Source of the DNA: Priapulus caudatus
Lineage: Eukaryota
NCBI RefSeq assembly: GCF_000485595.1
Contig: NW_014577083.1
Span: 744,111 to 786,963, forward strand
Length of the DNA stretch: 42,853 nt
Direction: 5' to 3'
The translations under genes were made by a program, and so were the position numbers. Below are positions 1-10,102 of the stretch, piece after piece. Every line of letters starts with the position of its first letter. Position 1 is the stretch's first letter. Below the pieces are notes generated by a model, which worked only from the letters and a program-made list of their open reading frames with translations, did no database searches and was not told where the DNA came from.

Positions 1-59
<59 letters not shown>
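1..59. repeat. (GA)n microsatellite, truncated by window start
   Basis: Near-perfect GA dinucleotide run. Confidence 0.98.
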
Positions 60-376
60 TGTGTGGGAGAAAAAAATCTCTGTCGACGTTCCAAAGCTCA
101 TTTCCGATTGCGGGGCAGCGGCGTCTTTGTTCTATTCGTGAAAATCTCGCGAGGAAACACGTGAGTTTTTGCCGTCGAATGACAGCTGCGATCGTAGCTC
201 CCCCGTGTGCGCGCGAGTAAAAGCTGATCTAACCTTTGCTGCTGCGTGTGACTGCGCGTGAATATCAAATCACGTGACAATCTTCCTTACGGTCGCGGTC
301 CTAGGATTGGTGCGTTCCGTGTGATTACGTCATCACTAGTCGTTTGCTAGTATCAAAGATCGCCCGTCTCGCTGGG

Positions 377-622
377 GTGGGTGGGTGCGTAGGTAGGTGG
401 ATGGGTGGATGGTTGGATGGATGGATGGATGGATGGATGGATGGATGGATGGATGGATGGATGGTGGATGGGTGGATGGATGGATGGATGGATGGTTTTT
501 GGATGGATGGATGGATGGATGGATGGATGGATGGATGGATGGATGGATGAATGGATGGATGGAAGGATGGCTGGATAAATGGATGGATGGATAGATAGAT
601 AGAAAGGTAGGTAGATAGATAT
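377..622. repeat. (GGAT)n tetranucleotide microsatellite grading into (GATA)n
   Basis: Long GGAT run; explains the WMDG and HPSI ORFs in the track. Confidence 0.97.
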
Positions 623-791
623 ATAGAATGCGTTCGCCTGCGTTCGTTTGTGTTCGATTATTGTCATATTATTCCCCAACGATTTATTAGAGAGCGCATG
701 CATGGTGCGTGCAGGGATACACGCCTCAACACTATACCGATCACGGCTCCCGCCATTAGTACCGTATAGGTGCCGTTGTTGTCCTGCAATG

Positions 792-966
792 TTCGCGGCC
801 GTGAATCTCAGGTTTTCCACCCGGGCCACCAGCGTCTTGCAAACCCTGAGACTGGGCGTGAGTCGCCCAGCAATGGAGGGTGCGTCCCTGTCAGCCCGAG
901 GTTTTGTTTGCGCAGGCTGTGTACCCCGCCTGTCAGTCAGAGAACCCCGATGGGGTTCGCTCGGGC
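792..966. other. Candidate structured RNA/DNA element (abutting hairpins plus three-way junction)
   Basis: Complementary arms 792-796/801-805, 806-816/841-851, 852-858/864-870, 877-880/886-889, 894-900/960-966, 913-917/928-932, 942-948/952-958. No family recognised. Confidence 0.3.
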
Positions 967-1254
967 ACTAATTGGAGACAAAGTGTAAATTTGAACAACC
1001 CAGCTTGGATATGCACTTATGTTTATTCGCGGATTTGGCGCATTATTTCTCGCACGCAGCCCGAGGCGGCCGAAGTGGTCCGAAATTCCTGCACCTTCTC
1101 CCCTCGCGAGCCATTCGAACGCAGTTGGGCGTGAACAATTACACCTCAGCGAAAGTCTCGCCCCGGGGGGGAAGGGCGGCATCGCCGCGCGGCCGCGCTC
1201 AAATCCCCCATTAGCGTTCACGCACACTGCTAGTCGTTCAATAGTCTCATACCC

Positions 1255-1276
1255 CGTGTGCGCGTGCGTGCGTGCA

Positions 1277-1324
<48 letters not shown>

Positions 1325-1580
1325 TGTGTGTGTGCATGTACATGCCATTGTGCGTACGTGTGTGCGTGTGGTGTGCGCGCCTGTGCGTGCATGCGCGCCT
1401 GCCTGCCTGTGCGCGTGCGTGCATGCGCGCCTGCCTGCCTGTGCGCGTGCGTGCATGCGATGCATGCGCGTGTACGACGTGCGTGCGTGTCTGTCTGCGC
1501 GCGGGCGTGTGTGCATGCGTGCGTACGTGCGATATGTGTATACGTACCCGTATCTATTTGCACGCGCGTATGTGTGTGTG

Positions 1581-1617
<37 letters not shown>

Positions 1618-1812
1618 GTGTGCGTGCATGCGTGCATTCGTGCATACGTGCGTGCGTGCATGCCTGCGCGTCTGCATGCCTGCGCGCGTGCGTGTGTGCA
1701 TGCGTGCGTGCGATGTGTACATATCCGTTTGTGTGTGTGTATGGGTGCGTGCCTACGTGCGCGCGTGCATGTGTGCTTGGGCTTATGAGCGCTCGTGTTT
1801 GCAAGCGTGCGT
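1255..1812. repeat. Compound (CGTG)n/(TG)n alternating purine-pyrimidine low-complexity tract
   Basis: Interleaved CGTG and TG repeats; source of the CVRA/HART ORFs. Confidence 0.95.
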
Positions 1813-2044
1813 GAGTTTCATGTTAAAAAGTTTCAAAGCAAGTTTATTTCAAATATAAATTTTGTATCTTTGTTGATTAATTGAATGTAAGCTTACAATA
1901 AATACCTAATTTCTTGCTGCTATAGTTCAAGTGTTTTGCCTGGTGGGTGTTTCAGACACACTAATATAATTCACTGTCACCGCATTATCCGCCAACATCG
2001 AAGCTTCGAGGAACACTCGAGGATCCCATCGGCATCGTTATTCG

Positions 2045-2442
2045 CCGAGAGATGGCAGCACGAACATGTTTTCTGCTCAGTTTGAGCAGAGTCGAGCTAT
2101 GGTTTGAGCTATGGTTTGAGCTATGGTTTGAGCTATGGTATGGTACGATACGAAGGCATTTCTAACATACGGCAATGTGCTTGCATTGGTTACATCAATG
2201 GCCGCTAGATGGAGCGAGCACATCATCCGAGGTTGATTCGCGGTAGCGTCCTCTTACATGTAGACTACATAAATGTTGTAAAAATGAACTTGAAACTTTT
2301 AACTTATGTAAACTAAACACGGACTTTTTCATATAAAGGGACTCTATTCTAATTCGACGCCTAATCAGCACCCTCATAATGAGTAGATCGATAAAGCAAA
2401 CTTGATCTTTCCATGACAGATTCACTATTCCACATCTAGTGG
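2045..2442. promoter_or_regulatory. Putative cluster of three CTCF-like sites
   Basis: CCGAGAGATGGCAGCA (2045-2060, +), TGGCCGCTAGATGGAGC (2199-2215, +), CCACTAGATGTGG (2430-2442, -), compared by eye with the CTCF core CC[AG][CG][CT]AG[AG][TG]GGC[AG]. Confidence 0.35.
2094..2139. repeat. 12-bp tandem repeat (GAGCTATGGTTT), about 4 copies
   Basis: Exact units at 2094, 2106, 2118 and a partial unit at 2130. Confidence 0.95.
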
Positions 2443-2982
2443 CGTTTTATAATATTAAAGCTTTCGTTACATTTAAATGTAAATATTGATGTTAATATAA
2501 AGTCGCGTATACATATGGTAAGAGTTATTTTAATAGTCCATATAGTTCCAATGAAGAAATTATGGATATACGTTTGTAAGTTTACACATCGTAAAACGCC
2601 CTCCCCCAACAAGTACACTGTGAAATTCGACCTGTTCGAAACCAATTTATTTGAGCCAACAAATTCATCTTCCTACTCACCTACATACATATAAATATCT
2701 ATATCTATTTCTTTACAAGGGAAAACAGATAGGTATAGGTAAGGTATTCCGTCAAATAGCAAAATAGAGTAAGCAGGTAGGTCTTAGGTATTTCGCTACA
2801 CATTTATGTAATACAAGCAGGTAGGCATAGCTATTTCGCTACATGGGAAAGCAGATAGGTACAGGTATAGCTATGGATGAAGGTAGTCCCAAAATAGGAA
2901 AGCGGGTAAGCAGGTAGATATAGTTCTTTCATTACATAGGTAAGTATATAGGTACAGGTATACCGTCACATAGTTAAGTACG

Positions 2983-3019
2983 TCTCTCTCCCACTCTCTC
3001 CCTCTCTTTTTATCTTTCT

Positions 3020-3053
<34 letters not shown>

Positions 3054-3290
3054 TTATCTCTTTATCTATCTATTTATCTCTTTCTCTCGCTCTTTCTCGC
3101 TCGGTCTGTCTCTCCGCCCCCCAAACCTCTCCATCTCTCCACCTCCAACTTCGCAATTATTTATCTCTGAATTCCTTTTCATCGGTTACTCGTCTCTCAT
3201 ATTTTCGCTATTTCTCTTTTCCTCGTTCACCCCCTTGCATATTCCATCCGTCTCTTCCTACCCCCTCTCCCCCTCTTCCTCTATGTCTGT
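2983..3290. repeat. (CT)n and pyrimidine-rich low-complexity tract
   Basis: CT dinucleotide run with degenerate C/T-rich flanks. Confidence 0.85.
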
Positions 3291-3837
3291 GTCGCTGGTT
3301 CGCGCCATAGGTCTCACCCACTCTCTCACTCGATGACACTGTCTCAGCCTCAGCAGCGAACTCGGTTCCCACCCTTATGAAGACTATTCAAAGGGAAATC
3401 GCGGATAATACATGTACATGGTTTGTGCGGTCGACGTGTGTGTGTGCGGGGAATTGTTGTCGCCGTGCTATAGTGTGTGTGAGTAGCGCATGCACCCTGC
3501 GTGCGCGATGCACAAACATAATGGCCGCTCCATCGTGATACACCGAGCAGCCGGATAATACCCGTAATTACCTCACTAGCTATCTAGTCAGAGCAAATAT
3601 CACAACACACATACACACACTAACTTGTTAGTATATACACAACAAGTATTGTCATCGGGGTGTTTCGTGTTACGCCAAGTAGGCCTATCCACTTAGTGTA
3701 ACGTTCTCGGCATAGCGTAAAAAGTCAGACAGACTAGCACTCACGGCACTACGGTGGATATTACAGTGTGTAAAATCATCTACAACCATCAGTACGCTTA
3801 TCAACAGAACAGTATTATGAAGATGTGGTGTAATAGA

Positions 3838-3883
3838 ATCAGGAGTAAGATAATATAGGATCCTATATTATCTTACTCCTGAT
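3838..3883. mobile_element. Perfect 46-bp palindrome; probable collapsed member of the TCAGGAGT TIR/MITE family
   Basis: ATCAGGAGTAAGATAATATAGGA|TCCTATATTATCTTACTCCTGAT is self-complementary with no spacer; its termini resemble those at 6873, 7020 and 42487. Confidence 0.55.
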
Positions 3884-3916
3884 AGAATATTGGTAAATTT
3901 GGTTTACATACATTTG

Positions 3917-4225
3917 TTGTGTGTGTGTGCGCGCGCGCGTGTGTGTGTGTGTGTGTGCGCGAGTGTGCGTGCGTGCGTGCGTGCGCGCGTGCGTGTGTAT
4001 GGTGTGTGCGTGTCCGTGTCGGCGCATGCGTATGTGTGGTTGCACATGTATTTGTGCGTGTGCGTACGCGCGTCTGCATGCGTATGTGTGGTTGCACATG
4101 TATTTGTGCGTGTGCGTGTGCGCGTCTGCATGTGTGCGTGTGCGCGCGTGTGTGTCGTATGTGTGCGTGTGAGTGTGCGTACGCGTGTAGTTATGCGTAT
4201 GCGTGTGTCATTAGTGTGCGTGTGA
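3917..4225. repeat. (TG)n/(CGTG)n tract containing a 52-bp tandem duplication (about 4024-4130)
   Basis: GCATGCGTATGTGTGGTTGCACATGTATTTGTGCGTGTGCGT... starts at 4024 and again at 4076. Confidence 0.9.
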
Positions 4226-4457
4226 GCGTCAGACGGGAATCCCTTCCAGGCACGGAAGCTATGATATCTTACTTGACGTAGCTGTAGCGATGTAAAAACA
4301 CACACCAGCATTCAGAATGAAACAATTGAATCGACGAACACACGATGAAATACGCGTAAAATCCACGCGCCAAAAAAGACGAGTGAATGAGAGCGATAGA
4401 TATATGCACGGCGCCGTCAATTGTCAATTGTGAGTTGAATTCGTTCGAACATTAATC

Positions 4458-4503
4458 GTGTGCGTGTGCGTGCGTGCGTGCGTGCGTGCCGGCGTGCGTG
4501 CCG

Positions 4504-4542
<39 letters not shown>

Positions 4543-4584
4543 TGTGTGTGTGTGCGTGTGTGTGTGTGTGTGCGTGCGTGTGTG
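4458..4584. repeat. (CGTG)n/(TG)n microsatellite
   Basis: Direct inspection. Confidence 0.95.
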
Positions 4585-5903
4585 AACATTAGATCTCAGC
4601 CAGACCACGTTAAATGCGATATTGCTCTACGGCGGAAATAAATTCAATTTGTAGCATGCGTTTGCCTATCTAACGCAATTCGATATTCGCCGTGTCCGAA
4701 AACTTGTTTGATTTCATTCGCTCTCGTATTGTTGCTGTATTAGGCGAAGCAAATGTGATCAGTGTTTAAAACATTATCCACGCGTCGCGTCTAGAGGCGT
4801 CCGCGCATTGTACGAGACGCAGCTCGCCCGAATTGGGCTTCGTCGATACATCGAAAATTCAATCAGAGTCGGTAATCGAATGACGCAGCTAGGCGTTGCA
4901 TTAGTTGGAACAATGAATAATCTGCGGCTATTGTGTCGGCCGTCGCTTGACGGGCGGGGACAGATGCAACGTGCGGAATCAGCAAGAGTTTTTTTTTCTC
5001 TCGATGTTCTGATTGCGTTACCCGAGAATATCATAGTGAAAACTCTACGAGTGGCTTGATAGAGCTTTCGTGCGAATATGACTTGCGTATGACGTACGTC
5101 TACATGTAGTCTCGTCGCCCGTCCCTCTCGAATGAGATTTTCGAAGTCTTATGCGCAATCATATAAGTCACAAGAAATCGCAATAATTTCATGCGCCCTC
5201 CATTAGTGACAAATATTATGTACGATAACCTATTAAAAATGAGTGGATAGATGAATTTATGAATGTATATGAACGAACGAACGAATGAACGAATAAACAA
5301 ACGGCCACCAGATTCAATGAATGAATATGTGTGTGTGTGTGTGTCACGTACATGTGTACATGTTTACATGTTTGTGTGTGAGTATGTTTGTGCCCGTACG
5401 TGTGTAGGTACGTACGTACAGATGCGTGACACAATCTAACTAACCATTTAGTTATTCTATCTCTCATTCTTCTCCCCCTCCCCACACACACTTTCTTTTT
5501 TTTGTTCCGCTCAGTAATTCACACATTCTCTATATTTGTTCTTTCAACTTTCTTTTCATCATACATTCTACTCCCCTTCATGCATTCAGCCTAACTTTGC
5601 GGGTTAGTTAGGCCTACATGTATGATGATATTCCTTACTCAGTGTAGAAAATACCGATCAAAACATTATAATTTGATATCCGTGTCAAACGACGATATTG
5701 CAATAAATGCAATGGTAACGTTGGATGATGGCGTGAAATCAGATGCGTGCGGGCGCGCGTATGTTTCTGTGCATGCGCGTGCGTGCACGTGCGCGCGTAT
5801 GTTTCTGTGCATGCGAGTGCGTGCACATGCGAGCGTATGTTCCCGTGCATGCGAATGTAGCAGGTAGATTTAGACATTTACTTACACAGATATGCAGATA
5901 AGA

Positions 5904-6011
5904 TCAGGTATTCTATCTATTCTATAAGGTATTCGATATTCTATTCTATATCAGGTATTCTATATTTTATTCTATATCAGGTATTCTATATTTTATTCTA
6001 TATCAGGTATT
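5904..6011. repeat. 26-bp AT-rich tandem repeat (TATCAGGTATTCTATATTTTATTCTA)
   Basis: Units start at 5949, 5975 and 6001, with degenerate copies from about 5904. Confidence 0.85.
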
Positions 6012-6239
6012 TAGTCACATGAGTACGAAAAGTAGGCGGGTAGGTAATGAACTCCCTTGCACAGATAAGCAGATAGCCTGAGATAAATATGGATAGCCCA
6101 TAACACGCAGGCCACAATATAAGAATGACAAGGCAATTATGAAAGAAACCTGATTAAACGTCTATATTCAACATGAGCATTCGCGAGCAATATCAAATGT
6201 TTCACCTGTGGATGGGCTTATTGCTGCACACTCTAGATA

Positions 6240-6291
6240 TAGTCCAGTCAATATATGTCCAGTCAAAAATTTTCATATATTGACTGGACTA
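6240..6291. repeat. 18-bp perfect inverted repeat with 16-nt spacer
   Basis: TAGTCCAGTCAATATATG (6240-6257) and CATATATTGACTGGACTA (6274-6291). Confidence 0.85.
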
Positions 6292-6512
6292 ATAAAAACT
6301 AAGAGGGGTGAAACTGGCTACCATGGAAACGAACACAACAATAAGGGTAAAAAATGGCGATGAAAGGAAGCATTCACTCGTAACAACCCGCCAGAATCTG
6401 ATCATGATCGAACAAGCAGGATTTGGTGAGGCTCACCCGAAGATATAATCCAAATCTAATTCCACATCGGCGTTCTGTCTCTTCGTGTTAAGCTCATCAT
6501 TACGGAGCAGGA

Positions 6513-6672
6513 ACAGTAATGCGAGGGTCTGACGTCATGACCAGAAGTTTTGCAGAAGCTGGTGAGAACATAAAGCTTTAGATAGACCGAAGTACAGTAA
6601 TGCGAAGGTCTGACGTCATGACCAGAGGTTTTGCAGAAGCTGGTGAGAACATAAAGCTTTAGATATAGACCG
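6513..6672. repeat. 81-bp tandem duplication, each unit with a TGACGTCA palindrome
   Basis: ACAGTAATGCGA(G/A)GGTCTGACGTCATGACCAGA... starts at 6513 and 6594, with few differences. Confidence 0.92.
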
Positions 6673-6872
6673 GCGAGCGATCACTGAGGGCAAATATCCG
6701 TGAATTCCGATAAAACGTTGCGTAACAGACAGTTACAATTCCTTGCAGTATTTACTTCGATATACGAGTTCCATATGTTACGCTATAACAAACGTATTAC
6801 TACAAAGTAACGCATAAAAAGACGGATAGGCTTGGTCGGAACATCGTTCGCATTGGTCCGGATTAGATATTA

Positions 6873-7020
6873 TCAGGAGTAAATAATAATAGATTATATC
6901 TATATATATCTTATATCTTATCCGGATATCTTATCCGGATTAGATATTATCAAGAGTTAATAATAATAGATTATATATATCTATATCTTATATCTTATAT
7001 CTATTATTATTCACTCCTGA
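6873..7020. mobile_element. Short TA-flanked MITE-like element (TIR TCAGGAGTRAATAATAATAGAT) with duplicated left end
   Basis: Left end TA|TCAGGAGTAAATAATAATAGAT; right end ATCTATTATTATTCACTCCTGA|TA (21/22 complementary). A second left-end copy, including flank, starts at about 6935. Confidence 0.6.
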
Positions 7021-7277
7021 TATTATGCCCTCACCTCAGCAACGAGTCGTTTGGAAATATAGTCGGTTATTGGCATCGATTGGAAGCTATTCAGAAGGAG
7101 CTCGTATAGGCATTGGCAGCAGTCGCTGGTGTCTCATTGTCTGTTAGGGTTATCCGAAAATCGTATTACTAACGATCCACGATGACGAATATAGATTGAC
7201 GGTCATGCTGTAAAAATGGCATGCATCCGTCATGTATGCCATACACAACTATATATCTCCTGATTAAATTGCCACTT

Positions 7278-7315
7278 CCTCTCTCTCTCTCTCTCTCTCT
7301 CTCCCCCTCTCTCTC
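7278..7315. repeat. (CT)n microsatellite
   Basis: Direct inspection. Confidence 0.9.
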
Positions 7316-7917
7316 AGCTACTTCGATTTTATAAATTGGTTATGAATTTTGACGGCTAGCAGCACTTACTAGTTTACACGTACGATGTGTCCTCACATTA
7401 TGAAGTCCACGCGGAAGTAAATTGTGAACGCTGCAGATTTCGCGTGAAATGCGTTTCCCGTTATCCTGTACAAATTGTAAACCTCGTGAATCAACACGTC
7501 CTATCAATTATCCCAACGATAGGCGAATGGCCAGATTTCGCATGTTATGTGAATACGCTCTATTGCTTCGTACGACCATATTGCAACGCCAGTACTGTGA
7601 GTATACCGATTGACAGAATTGTGGCGACAGGACGGGCGATCTTAGACACCCGCACTACACTGTGGTGGCGAAGTTGATGAAGCTTTACTAAGCCCTAGAA
7701 ATCGCATCTGCAGAGTATAATTGCGATAGTCAGTTTGTCGGCGGGTAGATACGTTAATGTGAGCATTCAGTAAAAATATTCATTAAAGTTTCTCGCTTGC
7801 ATATCTCACCATTTACTCACTCATTCTGTTATCTTTTTACGTTATACTATTGTGTATCTACTATATTCCATTCCTACATGCCACGCTACCATTTCTCAGC
7901 CTGCTCTGTTTTACCTC

Positions 7918-8060
7918 CTAGTCGGCACCGTAATATTGCCAGGTTATAGATTATCCATGTTCAGCAGTTGTGGAATCTTGGGACTGGTAAAGCATTTCGA
8001 TTGCTGAACCTTGAAATACTATTGACATGTGTATGTGACATGTGAGGCATTCGTTCTATT
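7918..8060 (-). mobile_element. Possible decayed 3' tail of a LINE ORF2
   Basis: Minus-strand translation SHTHVNSISRFSNRNALPVPRF, then after a frameshift TTAEHG*SITWQYYGA; loosely like the C-terminal tail of CR1/L2-type ORF2 proteins. Pattern recognition only. Confidence 0.25.
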
Positions 8061-8799
8061 AGCAAACTATCATTTATATCATGATAGAATTCAGTATGGC
8101 AAATATTTTTGAAGATCACTGGCTGCATGGTTATCAAGTCGAGGTCTATTTTAGTCACATAGAATGACGTGACTGCCAGATATGCGTGATTATATCGGCT
8201 CTTCACAGGTTGACGAAGAAAGCTGAAGCTAATATTTCAATCTATTATGATGGCTTTTAATTTATTTGCTATTTATTCGCTTAAATCTATATTGGGTACC
8301 GTTGTTACAAAGTGCCGTGTTCGGTCGTAACAAATACGTTAGTTTATACTAATTCTATTTACCCAATTTATTGTAATATTTTTTATATATGGAAAGGAGT
8401 TTGTGTGTTGTGAAATAAAAAAGGTTAGAGATTCAAGGCTATCGATGTGTACGTGCAAAGGTCGTTGGTTCGACCCACTGAAATAATATGCTAGTTAGAC
8501 TCTATATAGTGTGATAGTGAAATATCTCTAAATAGCGTCTCTATATATTTCTATGGTTGGACCGCTAACACTAAAAACAAATGCGGTCTTCGAGAGGAAC
8601 GTGAAAGATAGATTCGGTCGATGAATTCTGCAGTGTAACACGGACCATGAAGTAGTCACTGACACGCTCAGATTCCTAACAACACTCCATTATGATAACC
8701 AATGGCCCATTATTAAAACAGGAGGACGGTCATGATGGTTAGAGCCATGATTCAGAATAATTGAGATAGAGGATCTTATACAGCCTTCAAGTGGCTCTT

Positions 8800-9345
8800 T
8801 ATTCTATGTTCTAGTCTGTCTACACTCGCCCATAGGTCTCTCCTCGTAGTTCTCTCTTCTATATAGTCACCCTACCCCTTTCTCTTAGTGTTCTCGTCTA
8901 CCCATGCTCATCCCTTAACCTCTTCCATCTGTCTTCCGTCCATAGCCGTCCTCGGCCTCCCCTTCTTCTCTCACGCCTTTCTCTTCGCATGGTTTTCTTC
9001 TCGCCTCACTCATGCCCCCTTCTATCCTCCCTATACTTCCAACTTTGCTCTTTCTCTCATTACATCTCTGTCCTTCCTACCTCTTACGTTCTTCTGCGGT
9101 CTCTTACCTCCTCTGTGTGCTCTCTACTTTTCCGCTTTTCTCTTCCTTCTCTCACCACTTCCTTGTCCTCACTGCTTTTTACCGTCCTCCTTCTCCCACC
9201 ACCTCTCTATCCTCCCTACCTCTAACTTTAATTACCTGCGCCTCCCTTGTCGTCATATCTTCCTCTCTCAACAGCCCTCCTCTATCTCGCCTTATGCATA
9301 TCATTTTCATCATCATCCCATGTTATCCCCTAACCCTTTCTATAT
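8800..9345. repeat. Non-periodic polypyrimidine (+) / polypurine (-) tract
   Basis: About 540 bp strongly C/T-biased; explains the S/L/P/F-rich ORFs at 8888-9440. Confidence 0.8.
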
Positions 9346-9480
9346 ATAATGTTGACACGTTGTGTGTGGATCCGCAAATGATGATATTTGTCTCCCCGAA
9401 ACAGTATAGACAATTTTTTCTCATGACAGTTTCTGGCTAGGCTTTTAGCATACTGACCATTTCTCCTAGATTCGTAAATA

Positions 9481-9517
9481 ACAATAATAATGAATAATAA
9501 TAATAAATAATAATAAA
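9481..9517. repeat. (AAT)n microsatellite, imperfect
   Basis: Direct inspection. Confidence 0.8.
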
Positions 9518-10102
9518 TTCGCAAATAAAATGTCACAAAGGAAATGCGTTCGGACGTTATATCTCATTGAAAGACCTGATAATTTAGTCTTTGATAATTA
9601 ATACTCGTGTAGATGACGACAGTGAACGTCCGCTGACGAATGTCGGGAGAAGACCTGAAGATTAATTGCAACATTAAAGATTAAAGATTAACATATTACT
9701 CTGTACCGTGTTAATCCTCCAGGGCTGCTGGATTGATAACACTTCTAACTTTTAATAGTAGGAGGCGTATACAGAGTATACAGAGGAGGCGAATTTAACT
9801 ATCCTATTTATTTCTGAGAAGCGACTGCGACGTGAATAGTGTAAGATAGATGACACAGTAATAATAAGGAGCGCGTTCAGCAAACGAACGATCATGCTAC
9901 TCTTCCTAATTGCCTCGGCTGTGTCACGTCTCACGTACGTTGATATGTGCCTACGTCTACACATTTGTAGACAGCCGAGATTTGACCGAATTACCGAGAA
10001 GGAACCATAACCGAAATTTTCCAACTTACGCTTTGACAGGGTAATCGTTTCATAAAATCACTGCAAATTAGACACATTTTTATTATTATTATTTACACAT
10101 TA

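Noticed and set aside
800..860. RNase P RNA CR-I-like text (GGAAAACCTGAGA on minus)
   Set aside because: No complementary CR-V/P4 partner at the expected distance; that position is GGAT microsatellite.
894..966. Hammerhead ribozyme on the minus strand
   Set aside because: The topology is three-way, but the core reads CUGACUGA and CGCAAAC rather than CUGANGA and GAAA, and there is no NUH cleavage triplet before the next stem.
344..1858. Long ORFs (up to 279 aa) rich in WMDG, HPSI, CVRA, HART
   Set aside because: They are translations of GGAT and CGTG/TG microsatellites, open in several frames on both strands, with no domain-like sequence.
8455..8480. tRNA/SINE B-box-like AGGTCGTTGGTTCGACCC
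   Set aside because: No cloverleaf, convincing A-box or SINE tail; too short to call.
8888..9440. Hydrophobic 142-153 aa ORFs resembling membrane proteins
   Set aside because: A compositional artefact of the polypyrimidine tract; overlapping ORFs occur in all three frames.
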